Source: an uncultured Thermodesulfobacteriota bacterium (GTDB taxonomy: Bacteria; Desulfobacterota; GWC2-55-46; JADFVP01). Taken from it: a stretch of DNA of 64,000 nucleotides. The stretch lies in contig CAYYJQ010000009.1 in NCBI GenBank assembly GCA_964472295.1, positions 244 through 64,243 on the forward strand, read 5' to 3'. The position numbers and the translations under genes are program-made. Positions 17,431 through 26,462 of this stretch are shown piece after piece. The notes below the pieces were generated by a model that was given only the letters and a program-made list of their open reading frames with translations, searched no databases and was not told the DNA's origin. How positions within the stretch are numbered: position 1 is the first letter of the stretch; each line of letters starts with the position of its first letter.

Positions 17431-18642
17431 TTAACTGCCTTGCATAGACCTCTCAAGCCCCACGGCCCCGTTGCCAAAGTTGCCAAAGTTAATAGATACC
17501 CTGCCCCCTTTCCTGCCAAGCGCTGTTATGGCCGCGTTTATATCTTGAAGTTCAAAGGAACGTCCCTCGGCAGTATCGAGTTCCACAAGGCCCTGCTCAT
17601 GAAGCCCCAGTATCCATGGTATGGCAAGAGAGGGGTTTGACGATCCGTATAGCGAGCCCAGGAGTCTCTTCTCAAGGTGAAAGTCCACGGCAGGGAGGGT
17701 GAGGTCCTGAAGGGGGTGGGGCGAGCCCACCATGACTACCGTGCCTCCCCTTCGAGTCGCTTCCAGTGAAGACCGCACCGTCTCACCAGTGGCAACACAG
17801 TCAAATGCAATGTCCACGCCAATGCCGCCTGTAAGTTGCAATATCTCGTTCCTATCAATGCGTTCCGCGTAGTGGTCAACGCCATTCTTATTCCACCTGC
17901 TCCTCTCGCGCTCAACGAGCATGACCATGCCAGCGCCCCTGTGCCTCAGTGCCTCCACAACCGCGCGCCCAACGTTCCCCCCGCCAACAACAAGTGCCCT
18001 CTCACCCCCTCTCATGTATGGAGCGGCTGTGCGGAAGACAGCCCCAAAGGCAGTTACAACAGGGCAGCCCGCAAGGGCGGCCTCTTCTGGACCAAGGCCA
18101 TCCGGGACCTTGACACAGCCCGTCCTGTATACGACGGTATACTCACTGAAGGACGATACGCCGTTAAAATGGAAAATTACGCCCCCGTCTTCGCCCCCTC
18201 CGCTCCCTTTGGCCCCTTTGCCCCCCTTGGCCCCCTTGGCCCCCTTGCCAAGTCCGCCATCTTTAAACCTTGTTGTCCCGTCGGGAAGAAGCCCCCTGCC
18301 CCGTGGCCAGGCAATGGAACTGCATAATTGAGTCTCGCCTCGGGCGCAAAAGTAGCACCTCCCGCAGAAGGCCGCCCAACTGAGGGCCACGCGCTGGCCC
18401 GGCCTTAGGTCATGGACACCAGCGCCTGTCTCCACCACCGTGCCGACTCCCTCGTGGCCCAGGACAAGGGGCATCTCATACCTTGTGTGGCCGCTAATGG
18501 CGTTGAGGTCGCTCCTGCAGAGCCCGGCTGTCTCCATCTTCACAAGGACCTCTTCAGGTCCCGGCGGGGCGAGAGTAATCTCTCTAACCTCAAGGGGCGT
18601 GTCTTTTCTTGTGAGCACTGCGGCCCTTGTCTCTATGGCCAA
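17431..18642 (-). CDS. Zinc-dependent alcohol dehydrogenase (MDR family) carrying an in-frame Gly-Lys-rich insertion (GKGAKGAKGGKGAKGSGGGEDGG).
   Basis: LCRSDLNAISGH...GHEGVGTV...CGRCYFCARGETQLC are ADH Zn motifs. The insertion at 18170-18260 is encoded by the same GGGGCAAGGGGC repeat seen in intergenic tracts. Confidence 0.7.
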   Translation of the reverse strand: MAIETRAAVLTRKDTPLEVREITLAPPGPEEVLVKMETAGLCRSDLNAISGHTRYEMPLVLGHEGVGTVVETGAGVHDLRPGQRVALSWAAFCGRCYFCARGETQLCSSIAWPRGRGLLPDGTTRFKDGGLGKGAKGAKGGKGAKGSGGGEDGGVIFHFNGVSSFSEYTVVYRTGCVKVPDGLGPEEAALAGCPVVTAFGAVFRTAAPYMRGGERALVVGGGNVGRAVVEALRHRGAGMVMLVERERSRWNKNGVDHYAERIDRNEILQLTGGIGVDIAFDCVATGETVRSSLEATRRGGTVVMVGSPHPLQDLTLPAVDFHLEKRLLGSLYGSSNPSLAIPWILGLHEQGLVELDTAEGRSFELQDINAAITALGRKGGRVSINFGNFGNGAVGLERSMQGS

Positions 18643-18645
18643 GGT

Positions 18646-19995
18646 TCAGGACTCCTTTCTTGCCGTAACGTTATAGGAGGCCGCCGAGAAGCATGGGTCG
18701 CGTTCGGTGGAAAGTCCGAAATCCAGTATATCCCAACGTATAATCTCGCACGTACCCTCGATGAGATCGTAAAAACCATCTCTCAAGAGCGCGTCTTTCA
18801 GTCTCGCTCCTATCTCACGGCCCCTGACATAGGTAATGTAGTTCTTCTCCTCAAGGGTGAAGCCCGCTTCCTTGAGCATGGGAAGCATTCGCGCCTCTCC
18901 GAGGGCCTGAATGTGCCAGGGCCATATGGCGTCTTCAATCAGTCTTGCTTCATCTTCGCCCCTGCGTTCAGGCGGGCATACCCTGTAGGGATAGTAGTCT
19001 TCTTCAGGCGTACTCAAGACAAGGAGCCCGCCGGGCCGAAGTAGACGGCGGGCATGGGCCAAGATGCTCTCAGGGTCAGGGGCGTGCTCTATTACGTCCA
19101 TGAGAAAGACCACGTCAAAGTAGCCTTCTCTATCAACAAGGCCTTTGGCCTCGCCGCAGATGGCGGTGAGATTTTGCGCAAGGGGAGACCACGTCTTTCT
19201 TACAAAATCCGCGGCCCCTTGTGATTTATCGAGATACACGACCTCTTCGGCTGTCCTTGAGAGAAGAAAGGCCCCGTACCCAAGCCCACCTCCTATATCG
19301 AGAACCTTCCGGCCCCGTGCCTTTTCCATGCCAGAGGCATACTTCATGAATATCTCGAGGTCATGGCCAAAGCCGCCAAGAAGGCCGAGGTTCGGCCTCT
19401 CGCCAGAGACCTTGAGCCCCCCTTTATCAAGGGAACTCATGACCCTTGAGATGCTTTTGAGGGTAGAGCGTATCTCCTGAATATCACTTAGCCAGGGCAG
19501 GGTGAACTCCGGGGTCCTCTCTGCATCGAGGGAATAGGCTATCTCCTTTGGAGGAAGGCCGGCCCTGAGGAGCGACGCGTTTATTGCCACGGCCTCTTGT
19601 GCCACAATGGCCCCGAAGAGATAGGCGTTCGCCCGAAAGGTATTGAAGGGAAAGAAGACCCTCGCATAGCGATGGGCGGCCTTGTCCAGAAGAAATGCCC
19701 TTGAGGCGGGCCTGGTGATTCCGCCGTAATACTCCTCGTCAAGGACATGGACAGCCTGAAACCCGAAATCAGCGATTATAGGGGCAAGGACCTTTCGTTG
19801 TTTCTCAAGTATGAGCAGTTCAATATTATCACCCCGGCCCCGGGGGCCGCCCATGGCAAGGCTACCGCCGCCCACGGCCACCTTCGCGGCCCCAGATGTT
19901 GCCGCCGCCTCTCTGGCCAGCCTATCAAATACATACTCGATGAGCGGTCTCGCCAACGGCGCTGACTCTGGGAGCATTATCAGGGTTCCTCTCAT
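18646..19995 (-). CDS. Two-domain protein: an unknown N-terminal domain followed by a C-terminal class-I SAM-dependent methyltransferase.
   Basis: Motif I VLDIGGGLGYGAFLLS and post-I DVVFLMDVIEHAPDP are present. 449 aa. Confidence 0.65.
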   Translation of the reverse strand: MRGTLIMLPESAPLARPLIEYVFDRLAREAAATSGAAKVAVGGGSLAMGGPRGRGDNIELLILEKQRKVLAPIIADFGFQAVHVLDEEYYGGITRPASRAFLLDKAAHRYARVFFPFNTFRANAYLFGAIVAQEAVAINASLLRAGLPPKEIAYSLDAERTPEFTLPWLSDIQEIRSTLKSISRVMSSLDKGGLKVSGERPNLGLLGGFGHDLEIFMKYASGMEKARGRKVLDIGGGLGYGAFLLSRTAEEVVYLDKSQGAADFVRKTWSPLAQNLTAICGEAKGLVDREGYFDVVFLMDVIEHAPDPESILAHARRLLRPGGLLVLSTPEEDYYPYRVCPPERRGEDEARLIEDAIWPWHIQALGEARMLPMLKEAGFTLEEKNYITYVRGREIGARLKDALLRDGFYDLIEGTCEIIRWDILDFGLSTERDPCFSAASYNVTARKES

Positions 19996-21032
19996 TGGTC
20001 CTCCTTTATGTCCTTTACTCCAAAGATAACGGCCTCGCGTCCTATGCCGTTCTCAGCCATAAGGGCGTACATCTCGTCCTTGAAGGCCCGAAGGCGCTTT
20101 TGGGATAACATGATGTCGAGCCTTGCGCGCATATGGTGGCACCTTCTCCCAAGGGCGTCGTCACCAACGTAGTCCTCTCCCATGAGGAGAAAAAAATCCA
20201 TGGGAAAGGTGGAAGTTGTCTTTAATATTGAGAACCCCGCCCTCTCCATGAGGGCCTTTATTGAGTCAAAGGAGAAATAATTTATATGGTGAGGCACTGC
20301 GACCCAGTAATCTTCGTAACCCCGTCTTTCGCGAAGCGCCTCCTGCACGGGACTGAAGTCATTTGGCACGACAACACAGGCAATGCCGCCGGGTTCAAGG
20401 AGCCCAAAGGCGCCGGAGAGGACCTTTTGGGGGTCGCGCACATGCTCGAGGACCTCGGAGATATGTACGGCGTGGAATGAGCGCCCCTCTTTTTCAAGGG
20501 CCATTGCGTCAAAAAAGCCCCTTATCACCTCCACGCCGCTGGAAAGGGCCGTCCTTGCGGCCACTTTTGATGGCTCCACGCCAAGGCCCTTCCAGCCGCG
20601 CTCCGTGGCGCGTTTCAGAAAAAACCCCGGCCCACAGCCAATATCGAGAAGCCTTCTACTGCCTGCAAAAAGGTTTTTCTCCATGAATTCGAGCCTCTCG
20701 TCAAAGACAGTCTTCCACCACTCTTCGTCCTCGCGGACGCGCTCTATGAAGGCGGGTTTTTCAGAGGTGAAGTACTCGTCCCTGTAAATCCTCTCAAGTT
20801 CTTCTTCCGCTGGAATGGGGTCAATGTGAATAAAACCGCATGGCCGGCAATCAATGACTTCATAGCCGTCCTTTTCCGCAAGGAGAGGCCCTTGATGAAC
20901 GGCCTTGCCATCAAAAAGACGCCCGCTCTCTGCCTCTCTCATGGCCCCCATGCCCTTCTCCCGCCTTGCCTCCGCGCATCCCCTGCCTACCCCGCGCGCG
21001 CCTTTTTCGCACCTTGCCCCACCTGGTCTCAC
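19992..21032 (-). CDS. Class-I SAM-dependent methyltransferase (Methyltransf_23-like) with an N-terminal zinc-ribbon-like CxxC.
   Basis: LLDIGCGPGFFLKRA (motif I) and HAVHISEVLEHVRDP are present. The exact start is uncertain; the first ~30 aa of the ORF may be UTR. Confidence 0.65.
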   Translation of the reverse strand: MRPGGARCEKGARGVGRGCAEARREKGMGAMREAESGRLFDGKAVHQGPLLAEKDGYEVIDCRPCGFIHIDPIPAEEELERIYRDEYFTSEKPAFIERVREDEEWWKTVFDERLEFMEKNLFAGSRRLLDIGCGPGFFLKRATERGWKGLGVEPSKVAARTALSSGVEVIRGFFDAMALEKEGRSFHAVHISEVLEHVRDPQKVLSGAFGLLEPGGIACVVVPNDFSPVQEALRERRGYEDYWVAVPHHINYFSFDSIKALMERAGFSILKTTSTFPMDFFLLMGEDYVGDDALGRRCHHMRARLDIMLSQKRLRAFKDEMYALMAENGIGREAVIFGVKDIKEDQ

Positions 21033-22024
21033 GACCTGCCCCGTCTCTTGTATAGTTCGGCTATGATTGTGGCGATACGCCAGGCCCCGCGCCCGTCGCT
21101 GAGCCTCTTTGCCTGCGCCGAGACCTCGCGCCAGTAGGAGGCGTCTTCCACAAACCTTGCGGTGGCACCCCTTATGAGTTCTTCCGATAGAGCGCCATGA
21201 AAACCGAGGGATACGCCGACCTTGAGCTCTCGGAGGGCCGCGAGGTCTTTTTCGTCTTCTCTATAGTTTGATATGATTAGCGGAGGGACTCCCATGAAGG
21301 CGAGTTCATACACAGTGGTGCCAAGGGCCGTAAAGGCGATGTGCGACGATGCCATAAGCGGCGCCATGTCCTTGACAGACCTGCGAAAGGTGATGGCCGG
21401 GTTATGGAGGAAGGGTTCAAGCGTCTCGTAATGCCCATAATCAGGACCAAGGACAACGGTAAATTTTATGTCCTCCATGCCCGAGAGGGCCTTCAAGACC
21501 TTCAGTGTGATGTTATTGGCGTCGCACCAGCCCATGGTGACAAGAATCTTTAGGGGAAGGTCGTGGCCAATAGGCTTCATGGCCTTTCTGGCGCGAAAGA
21601 AGTTATCGCCTATGATGACGAACTTGCTCCCCGCGTAGGCCTCGCCTTTTTTTCTCCTGTCCATGAATGCCGATGGTGTTATGGAGAGGTCCGCCATCAT
21701 GGAGGCCCTTGTGGAGTTGTCTATGAGGAGGACCTTTGAGCCCTTCTCCTTGAAGGACCTTATCTGCTCAGTCACGTCCTCTTCCGTGTCCATTACGACC
21801 ACGCCAGAAGGCCCCTCGGCAAGGGCCGGCCTTCCGGGACGGTATCTGCACCATGTAAAGCCGTTCTCCTCTACAAGATCAGTGGCCGAGCTCTCGTTGT
21901 CAAATAGAAAGTACACAGGCATGTCCATCTCCTTCAAGGCCCGGGCCACGTTGAGGCTCCTCATAACATGGCCCATGCCCCTTGGGCCGCCGCCCTTTGC
22001 AAGTATCTTTATGTATTCTGACAT
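21029..22024 (-). CDS. pseG: PseG-like UDP-2,4-diacetamido-2,4,6-trideoxy-beta-L-altropyranose hydrolase (GT28-like fold).
   Basis: ILAKGGGPRGMGHVMRSLNVARAL matches the PseG N-terminal G-rich/GHxxR motif. It is ~330 aa and sits in a pse cluster. Confidence 0.6.
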   Translation of the reverse strand: MSEYIKILAKGGGPRGMGHVMRSLNVARALKEMDMPVYFLFDNESSATDLVEENGFTWCRYRPGRPALAEGPSGVVVMDTEEDVTEQIRSFKEKGSKVLLIDNSTRASMMADLSITPSAFMDRRKKGEAYAGSKFVIIGDNFFRARKAMKPIGHDLPLKILVTMGWCDANNITLKVLKALSGMEDIKFTVVLGPDYGHYETLEPFLHNPAITFRRSVKDMAPLMASSHIAFTALGTTVYELAFMGVPPLIISNYREDEKDLAALRELKVGVSLGFHGALSEELIRGATARFVEDASYWREVSAQAKRLSDGRGAWRIATIIAELYKRRGRS

Positions 22025-23034
22025 ATCTTCAGCTCCTTTTTTCCTCTCACATCAACGGCCGATTCCCTCACCTTCATGGCGAGCCTCAGCGTCTCAAGCC
22101 CCTCGTCAAGACCCGGGTCCGCCGGGACGCCCGTGCCCATGGAAGAGAGAAAGTGCTTTATCTCCCTTAGATACATATCATTGACCTCAAAGAGAATGTC
22201 CCTTCTTCGCCATTCGCTTCCCGCTGGGCCGCATATCTCTTCCACGCCCCTCATGATGTCGAACCTCATGGTCCCCCGCTCGCCCACGATTACAAGCCTG
22301 TGCTGGCCCGCGCGCTGGAGAAAGTCCGTCTGCCAACTCACATATGCCCCGGAAGAGAGCCTCATGACGGCAAGGGCCATGTCCTCTACGTCCATCTCAA
22401 GGGGGCTTACCCTGTCCATGAAGGCCTTTACCTCTTCCACCTCGCCAAAGAGCCACCTCAGCGTATCAAGGCCGTGTATGCTCGTAAGGAGCACCCCGCC
22501 GCCAAGGTCCCTTCGCGCCGCGTAGCCTCTTCTGTAGTCTTCCTTCCCGTGCCAGTAGGGAAGATAATGCCCGCCAAAATAATTCACGTGATAGACCCGC
22601 CCGATGACTCCCGATGCGAGGCGCTCCTTTACTGCAAGGAGCACGGGGTGGAACCTGTAGCACATGGCCATCATGGCGTTAAGGCCCCTCATCCTGACAA
22701 TGTCCATGAGCCTTGCCACGCCGTCCATCTCACTTGAGAGGGGTTTTTCGATAAAGAGGTGCGCCCCCTTTGAGGCGGCCATGGCGGCGTGCCTCGTGTG
22801 AAGGCTTGTCGGGGTGCATATGAGGGCCGCCGCCGGACAAGCCCTCAGGGCCTCTTCCATTGTAGTGGCGATGACAGGGCCTGTAAGCCCCTCTCCGGCA
22901 GACCTTGCGCGGGCAGGGTCCCGGTCGAGGAGGACAAAGTCTTTCGCTCCGAGGGCGCGGAGGTTTACAAGGTGTCTTCTCCCTATGGAGCCGCATCCGG
23001 CTATGAGGAATTTCTTTTTTATCGTATTTTTCAT
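22009..23034 (-). CDS. Gfo/Idh/MocA-family NAD(P)-dependent sugar oxidoreductase.
   Basis: FLIAGCGSIGRRHLVNLRALG is the N-terminal Rossmann motif. 341 aa. Confidence 0.7.
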   Translation of the reverse strand: MKNTIKKKFLIAGCGSIGRRHLVNLRALGAKDFVLLDRDPARARSAGEGLTGPVIATTMEEALRACPAAALICTPTSLHTRHAAMAASKGAHLFIEKPLSSEMDGVARLMDIVRMRGLNAMMAMCYRFHPVLLAVKERLASGVIGRVYHVNYFGGHYLPYWHGKEDYRRGYAARRDLGGGVLLTSIHGLDTLRWLFGEVEEVKAFMDRVSPLEMDVEDMALAVMRLSSGAYVSWQTDFLQRAGQHRLVIVGERGTMRFDIMRGVEEICGPAGSEWRRRDILFEVNDMYLREIKHFLSSMGTGVPADPGLDEGLETLRLAMKVRESAVDVRGKKELKICQNT

Positions 23035-23038
23035 GGCA

Positions 23039-24352
23039 TCAGTCCCTGCTCCTGAAGACCTCGCCCACTATCTCTCCGTCGAGAAAAGATGCCGGGCTCG
23101 CGCTCTCGAAGGCGTTTCGCACCACGGAGAGGGCCTCATAAGAGACCTCTATGGTGCGGTCTATATCCACCTCGCTGTGCGAGTAACTCGTAAAGACGGG
23201 CCCGCCAAAGAGCACGCCGCGTTTAACCGTCTCCTGCAAAAAGAGGCTCCTCATGAGGGGGTCGGCCTCGCCAAGGTCGTTCCTGAAGATAAGTCCGGCG
23301 CGCGGGGGCCGGCCGGAGACCTCCATCTCAAGGCCCCACTCGTGGGCCGCGAGCCTCAGGCCCTCGTGGAGCCTTGCGCCCATCTTCCAGATATGCTCAA
23401 TTACAGGTTCCCTCATGATGGTCTCAATAGTGGCCTTTGCCGCGGCAAGCCCGGTGGTCTCTCCAGAGAAGGTCATGGAAAAGAAGACCTCGTCAAGGGA
23501 GTTCATGAACTCGCGCTTGCCCACAAGGGCCGAGACAGCCATGCCGTTGGCCATGCCCTTTCCAAAGCATGACAAATCCGGCTCCACGCCAAAGAGTTCC
23601 TGCGCCCCGCCAAGGGAGTACCTGAACCCCGTGACCATCTCGTCAAGGATAAAGAGGGCGCCGTTCTTCCTGCAGAGGAGCGCCGCGTCCTGAAGAAAGT
23701 TGCGCTTTGTCCTGAGGTTTATGACAGGATCTGCGCCCGGAACCTCCATTATGACGCAGGCTATCTGCCCGTAGAACTCATCAAATAGGGTCTCGAGGGT
23801 CTCGAGCCTGTTGTACTCGAAGGCGTGTATGAGTTCTCTGTTGAAATCAGGTATGCCGCGGTTACGCGGCGTTGTAACGGCGTACCAGTCCTGACACCCG
23901 TGATACCCTGAATAGGCTATATGCTCTCTACCGGTGCAGGCGCGGGCCAGGCGCACCGCCGCGCTCGTCACATCAGAGCCGTTCTTAGCGAAGCGGACCA
24001 TCTCGGCAGAGGGTATGACCTCTGTAAGTAATTCGGCGAGTTCCACCTCAAGGGGGTGCATGAGCGTGAAGGTCGTCCCGAGGCCAAGCCTGTCCATTAC
24101 CGCCTCCATGACGGGCCTGTACCCATAGCCAAGGAGTATGGGACCAAGTGCCATGGGGTAATCAATGTACTCGTTTCCGTCAACATCCCAGACGTGGGCC
24201 CCCCTGCCGCGCTCAAGATACCTGGGCGTCACGCCGAAGACAAACTGGTCGGGCCCCTTGCTAAGTGTCTGCGTGCCCGCTGGTATGACCCTCGCGGCCC
24301 TTGCCCAGAGGGCCTCAGATGCCGGGTGTATCTTCTTCCTCATAAGCGCCAT
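23039..24352 (-). CDS. Class-III (PLP) aminotransferase, glutamate-1-semialdehyde aminomutase-like.
   Basis: 437 aa. ...RVIPAGTQTLSKGPDQFVFGVTPRYLERGRGAHVWDVDGNEYIDY... is the GSA-AT family N-terminal pattern, and a 'DEMVTGFRYSLGGAQE' PLP-lysine region follows. Confidence 0.7.
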   Translation of the reverse strand: MALMRKKIHPASEALWARAARVIPAGTQTLSKGPDQFVFGVTPRYLERGRGAHVWDVDGNEYIDYPMALGPILLGYGYRPVMEAVMDRLGLGTTFTLMHPLEVELAELLTEVIPSAEMVRFAKNGSDVTSAAVRLARACTGREHIAYSGYHGCQDWYAVTTPRNRGIPDFNRELIHAFEYNRLETLETLFDEFYGQIACVIMEVPGADPVINLRTKRNFLQDAALLCRKNGALFILDEMVTGFRYSLGGAQELFGVEPDLSCFGKGMANGMAVSALVGKREFMNSLDEVFFSMTFSGETTGLAAAKATIETIMREPVIEHIWKMGARLHEGLRLAAHEWGLEMEVSGRPPRAGLIFRNDLGEADPLMRSLFLQETVKRGVLFGGPVFTSYSHSEVDIDRTIEVSYEALSVVRNAFESASPASFLDGEIVGEVFRSRD

Positions 24353-24417
24353 TGGGTAATCCTCCTATTACTTGTCCTTGAGCGCGTCCGGGTGCCTAAT
24401 GACCGGACCGTAAGCCC

Positions 24418-25440
24418 TCACCGGTGGGGAAGCCCTGAAAAGGGCATGTCCCCGGCAAGGGATCTAAGATAGCCCTCGTTTCTGATGGTCGATGAATTTA
24501 TCTTTAATAATTCAGGTATTCTGTCAATAAGTTCAAGTATCTCCTCCATATAGAAGACCCTCAGCGGACAGGCAAAACTCTGGAAGACCTTACGGGCAAA
24601 CTCAAGGTCGCGGCCATCGTCCACTGTCCAGCGCATATGGGAGAGGTCTTCTATATTAGGAATGGAACGCACTCTGAACCTCTGCCTGTTTTTCCATATA
24701 TGGGGCGTGACGTGCTCTCTCTCCGAGGGCAGAATTGCTTCTTTAAAGGCACGGTCAAGTGCATGGAAGGTGAAGACCTCTGTGTCGAGGCCATCTGGAA
24801 AGGTTCCGTCAAGGCCCATGTAATCGAGGTCAGGGGCGTTGAGGAACTCCTCGACAACCCTCTCCACAAGTATGGGGTCTATCATGGGGCAATCGGCTGT
24901 AACGCGCACCACGGTTCGTGCTCCATGCTCTTTTGCCGCGCCATGATAGCGGGAGAGCACATCAGAGAGCGCACCCCTGTAAGAGGCCACGCCCTCAGAT
25001 GAGCACCAGCGCGAGATAATGTCATCGGAAGAGTGTGTGCTCGTGGCGACCACTATTTCATCAATGGCCCTTACATACCTCAGGCGGTTTATAACGTGCC
25101 AGAGCATGGGCCGTCCGCAGATTTCCCGCATCACCTTTCCGGGAAGCCTCGTGGAACTCATCCTTGCCTGCACTATGGCGACAACGGGCCTTCGCGGTGT
25201 TTGCGCGCCAAAGGGCCTCTTCGCGCCCTCCGCGCCTCGCGTCCCCCTTCTTGCATACCTCTCTCCCCCTGTCTCCCTATCTCCCATCTCCCCCCTTGGC
25301 CCCGTCGCCCCCATCGCCCCCGTCGCCCCCTCTCCCCCTGTGCCACTCGCCCCCTCTGCGATCTTCAACCCCTTTGCCCCCATCGCCCTCTCTCCCCTTG
25401 GCCCCCCTGGGCGCATGTCTCTCAACATAGGTCCTCCCAC
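24418..25440 (-). CDS. pseF: CMP-pseudaminic acid synthetase / acylneuraminate cytidylyltransferase (PseF-like) with an N-terminal collagen-like Gly-X-Y extension.
   Basis: The core reads VVAIVQARMSSTRLPGKVMREICGRPMLWHVI..., the CMP-NeuAc-synthetase family motif. At least 35-90 aa of Gly-rich sequence precede it (GAKGLKIAEGASGTGGEGATGAMGATGPRGEMGDRETGGERYARRGTRGAEGAKRPFG). The true start lies somewhere between 25440 and the MGDRE codon. Confidence 0.65.
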   Translation of the reverse strand: MGGPMLRDMRPGGPRGERAMGAKGLKIAEGASGTGGEGATGAMGATGPRGEMGDRETGGERYARRGTRGAEGAKRPFGAQTPRRPVVAIVQARMSSTRLPGKVMREICGRPMLWHVINRLRYVRAIDEIVVATSTHSSDDIISRWCSSEGVASYRGALSDVLSRYHGAAKEHGARTVVRVTADCPMIDPILVERVVEEFLNAPDLDYMGLDGTFPDGLDTEVFTFHALDRAFKEAILPSEREHVTPHIWKNRQRFRVRSIPNIEDLSHMRWTVDDGRDLEFARKVFQSFACPLRVFYMEEILELIDRIPELLKINSSTIRNEGYLRSLAGDMPFSGLPHR

Positions 25441-26462
25441 ATAAGGGGCATGTCTCTTGGCAGGTCCCGCGCCGCCCTCTTGCCGATGACGCTCTTCATC
25501 TCGCCCGGCCTTAGTCCAAGGGCGTGGCGCACCACCTTGAGCATGTCCCCGGTTATAAGCGTGTCTTTCTTTATGTTCACATCGGCATATACGCCGCGCC
25601 TCGCCCCTGTCCTCTCGCGCGCCTCCTCTGTCGAGGGCTCCTTTACAGGGCTCCCGAGCGCGGCCTCGAGGTTACGGACCTCGCGCGACATGAGGGCGAA
25701 CTCCCCTGGCTCCATGGAATGGCCATGGTCAGGGCCATCCATGGACCTTGAAAGGGTAAGGTGTTTTTCAACTATGGCCCCGCCCAAGGCAACGGCCCCG
25801 AGGGCCACGGCCATGCCGGGCGTGTGGTCCGAGATTCCCACAGGACAGCGGAACCTTTTCGAGAGCGTCTTCATGGCGCGGAGGTTTACGTCGCTGAACC
25901 TTGGCGGATAGAGGGCCGTGCACTGGAGAAGGGCGACTTCCGTAGCCCCTGCACCCTGCAAGATGGAGGCGGCCTCCTCGACCTCTTCCATGAAGGAAGC
26001 CCCGGTGGAGAGGATTACGGGCCTGCCAAGGGAGCCGACAAGACGCAGGAGGGGTTCGTTGGTAATGTCGCCCGAGGCTATCTTGAAGGCCTTTATGCCG
26101 GCGAGCCCAAGGAGTTCGGCGGCACGCGGGCTGAAGGGCGTAGAGAGAAAATCCATGCCAAGGGACTCGGCATGTTCTTTCAGTTCCGGGTGCCAGGGCC
26201 AGGGCAGGCTCAGCCGCTCAAGTGCGCCATAGGCGGGGTTCTCTTCCCAGCCGCCCCTGTTATCGGGCCTCAGGGGGTTGAGGAGGCCGTGGGCCGTGAA
26301 GGACTGGAACTTCACGGCATCGGCCCCGGCCTTGGCCGCGGCGCTTATGAGGTCCAACGCCGTCTCAAGGCTCCCGTTGTGGTTGGAGCCGGCCTCGGCT
26401 ATGATATAGGCCCTGTGCCCCCTGCCAAGACGCCTCTTTCCTATGGTCAAGACCTTCTTCAT
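25422..26462 (-). CDS. pseI: Pseudaminic acid synthase (NeuB family) with a C-terminal SAF domain.
   Basis: AYIIAEAGSNHNGSLETALDLISAAAKAGADAVKFQ is the NeuB signature. I chose the start at MKKVLTIGKRR (26462), which overlaps the pseC stop as ATGA. The track's 83-aa N-terminal extension is rejected. Confidence 0.8.
   Translation of the reverse strand: MKKVLTIGKRRLGRGHRAYIIAEAGSNHNGSLETALDLISAAAKAGADAVKFQSFTAHGLLNPLRPDNRGGWEENPAYGALERLSLPWPWHPELKEHAESLGMDFLSTPFSPRAAELLGLAGIKAFKIASGDITNEPLLRLVGSLGRPVILSTGASFMEEVEEAASILQGAGATEVALLQCTALYPPRFSDVNLRAMKTLSKRFRCPVGISDHTPGMAVALGAVALGGAIVEKHLTLSRSMDGPDHGHSMEPGEFALMSREVRNLEAALGSPVKEPSTEEARERTGARRGVYADVNIKKDTLITGDMLKVVRHALGLRPGEMKSVIGKRAARDLPRDMPLMWEDLC

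Noticed and set aside
25033-25911. 292-aa plus-strand Pro-rich ORF
   Set aside because: Antisense to pseF/pseI. The Pro/Ser-rich composition simply reflects the complementary strand of the Gly-rich repeat.
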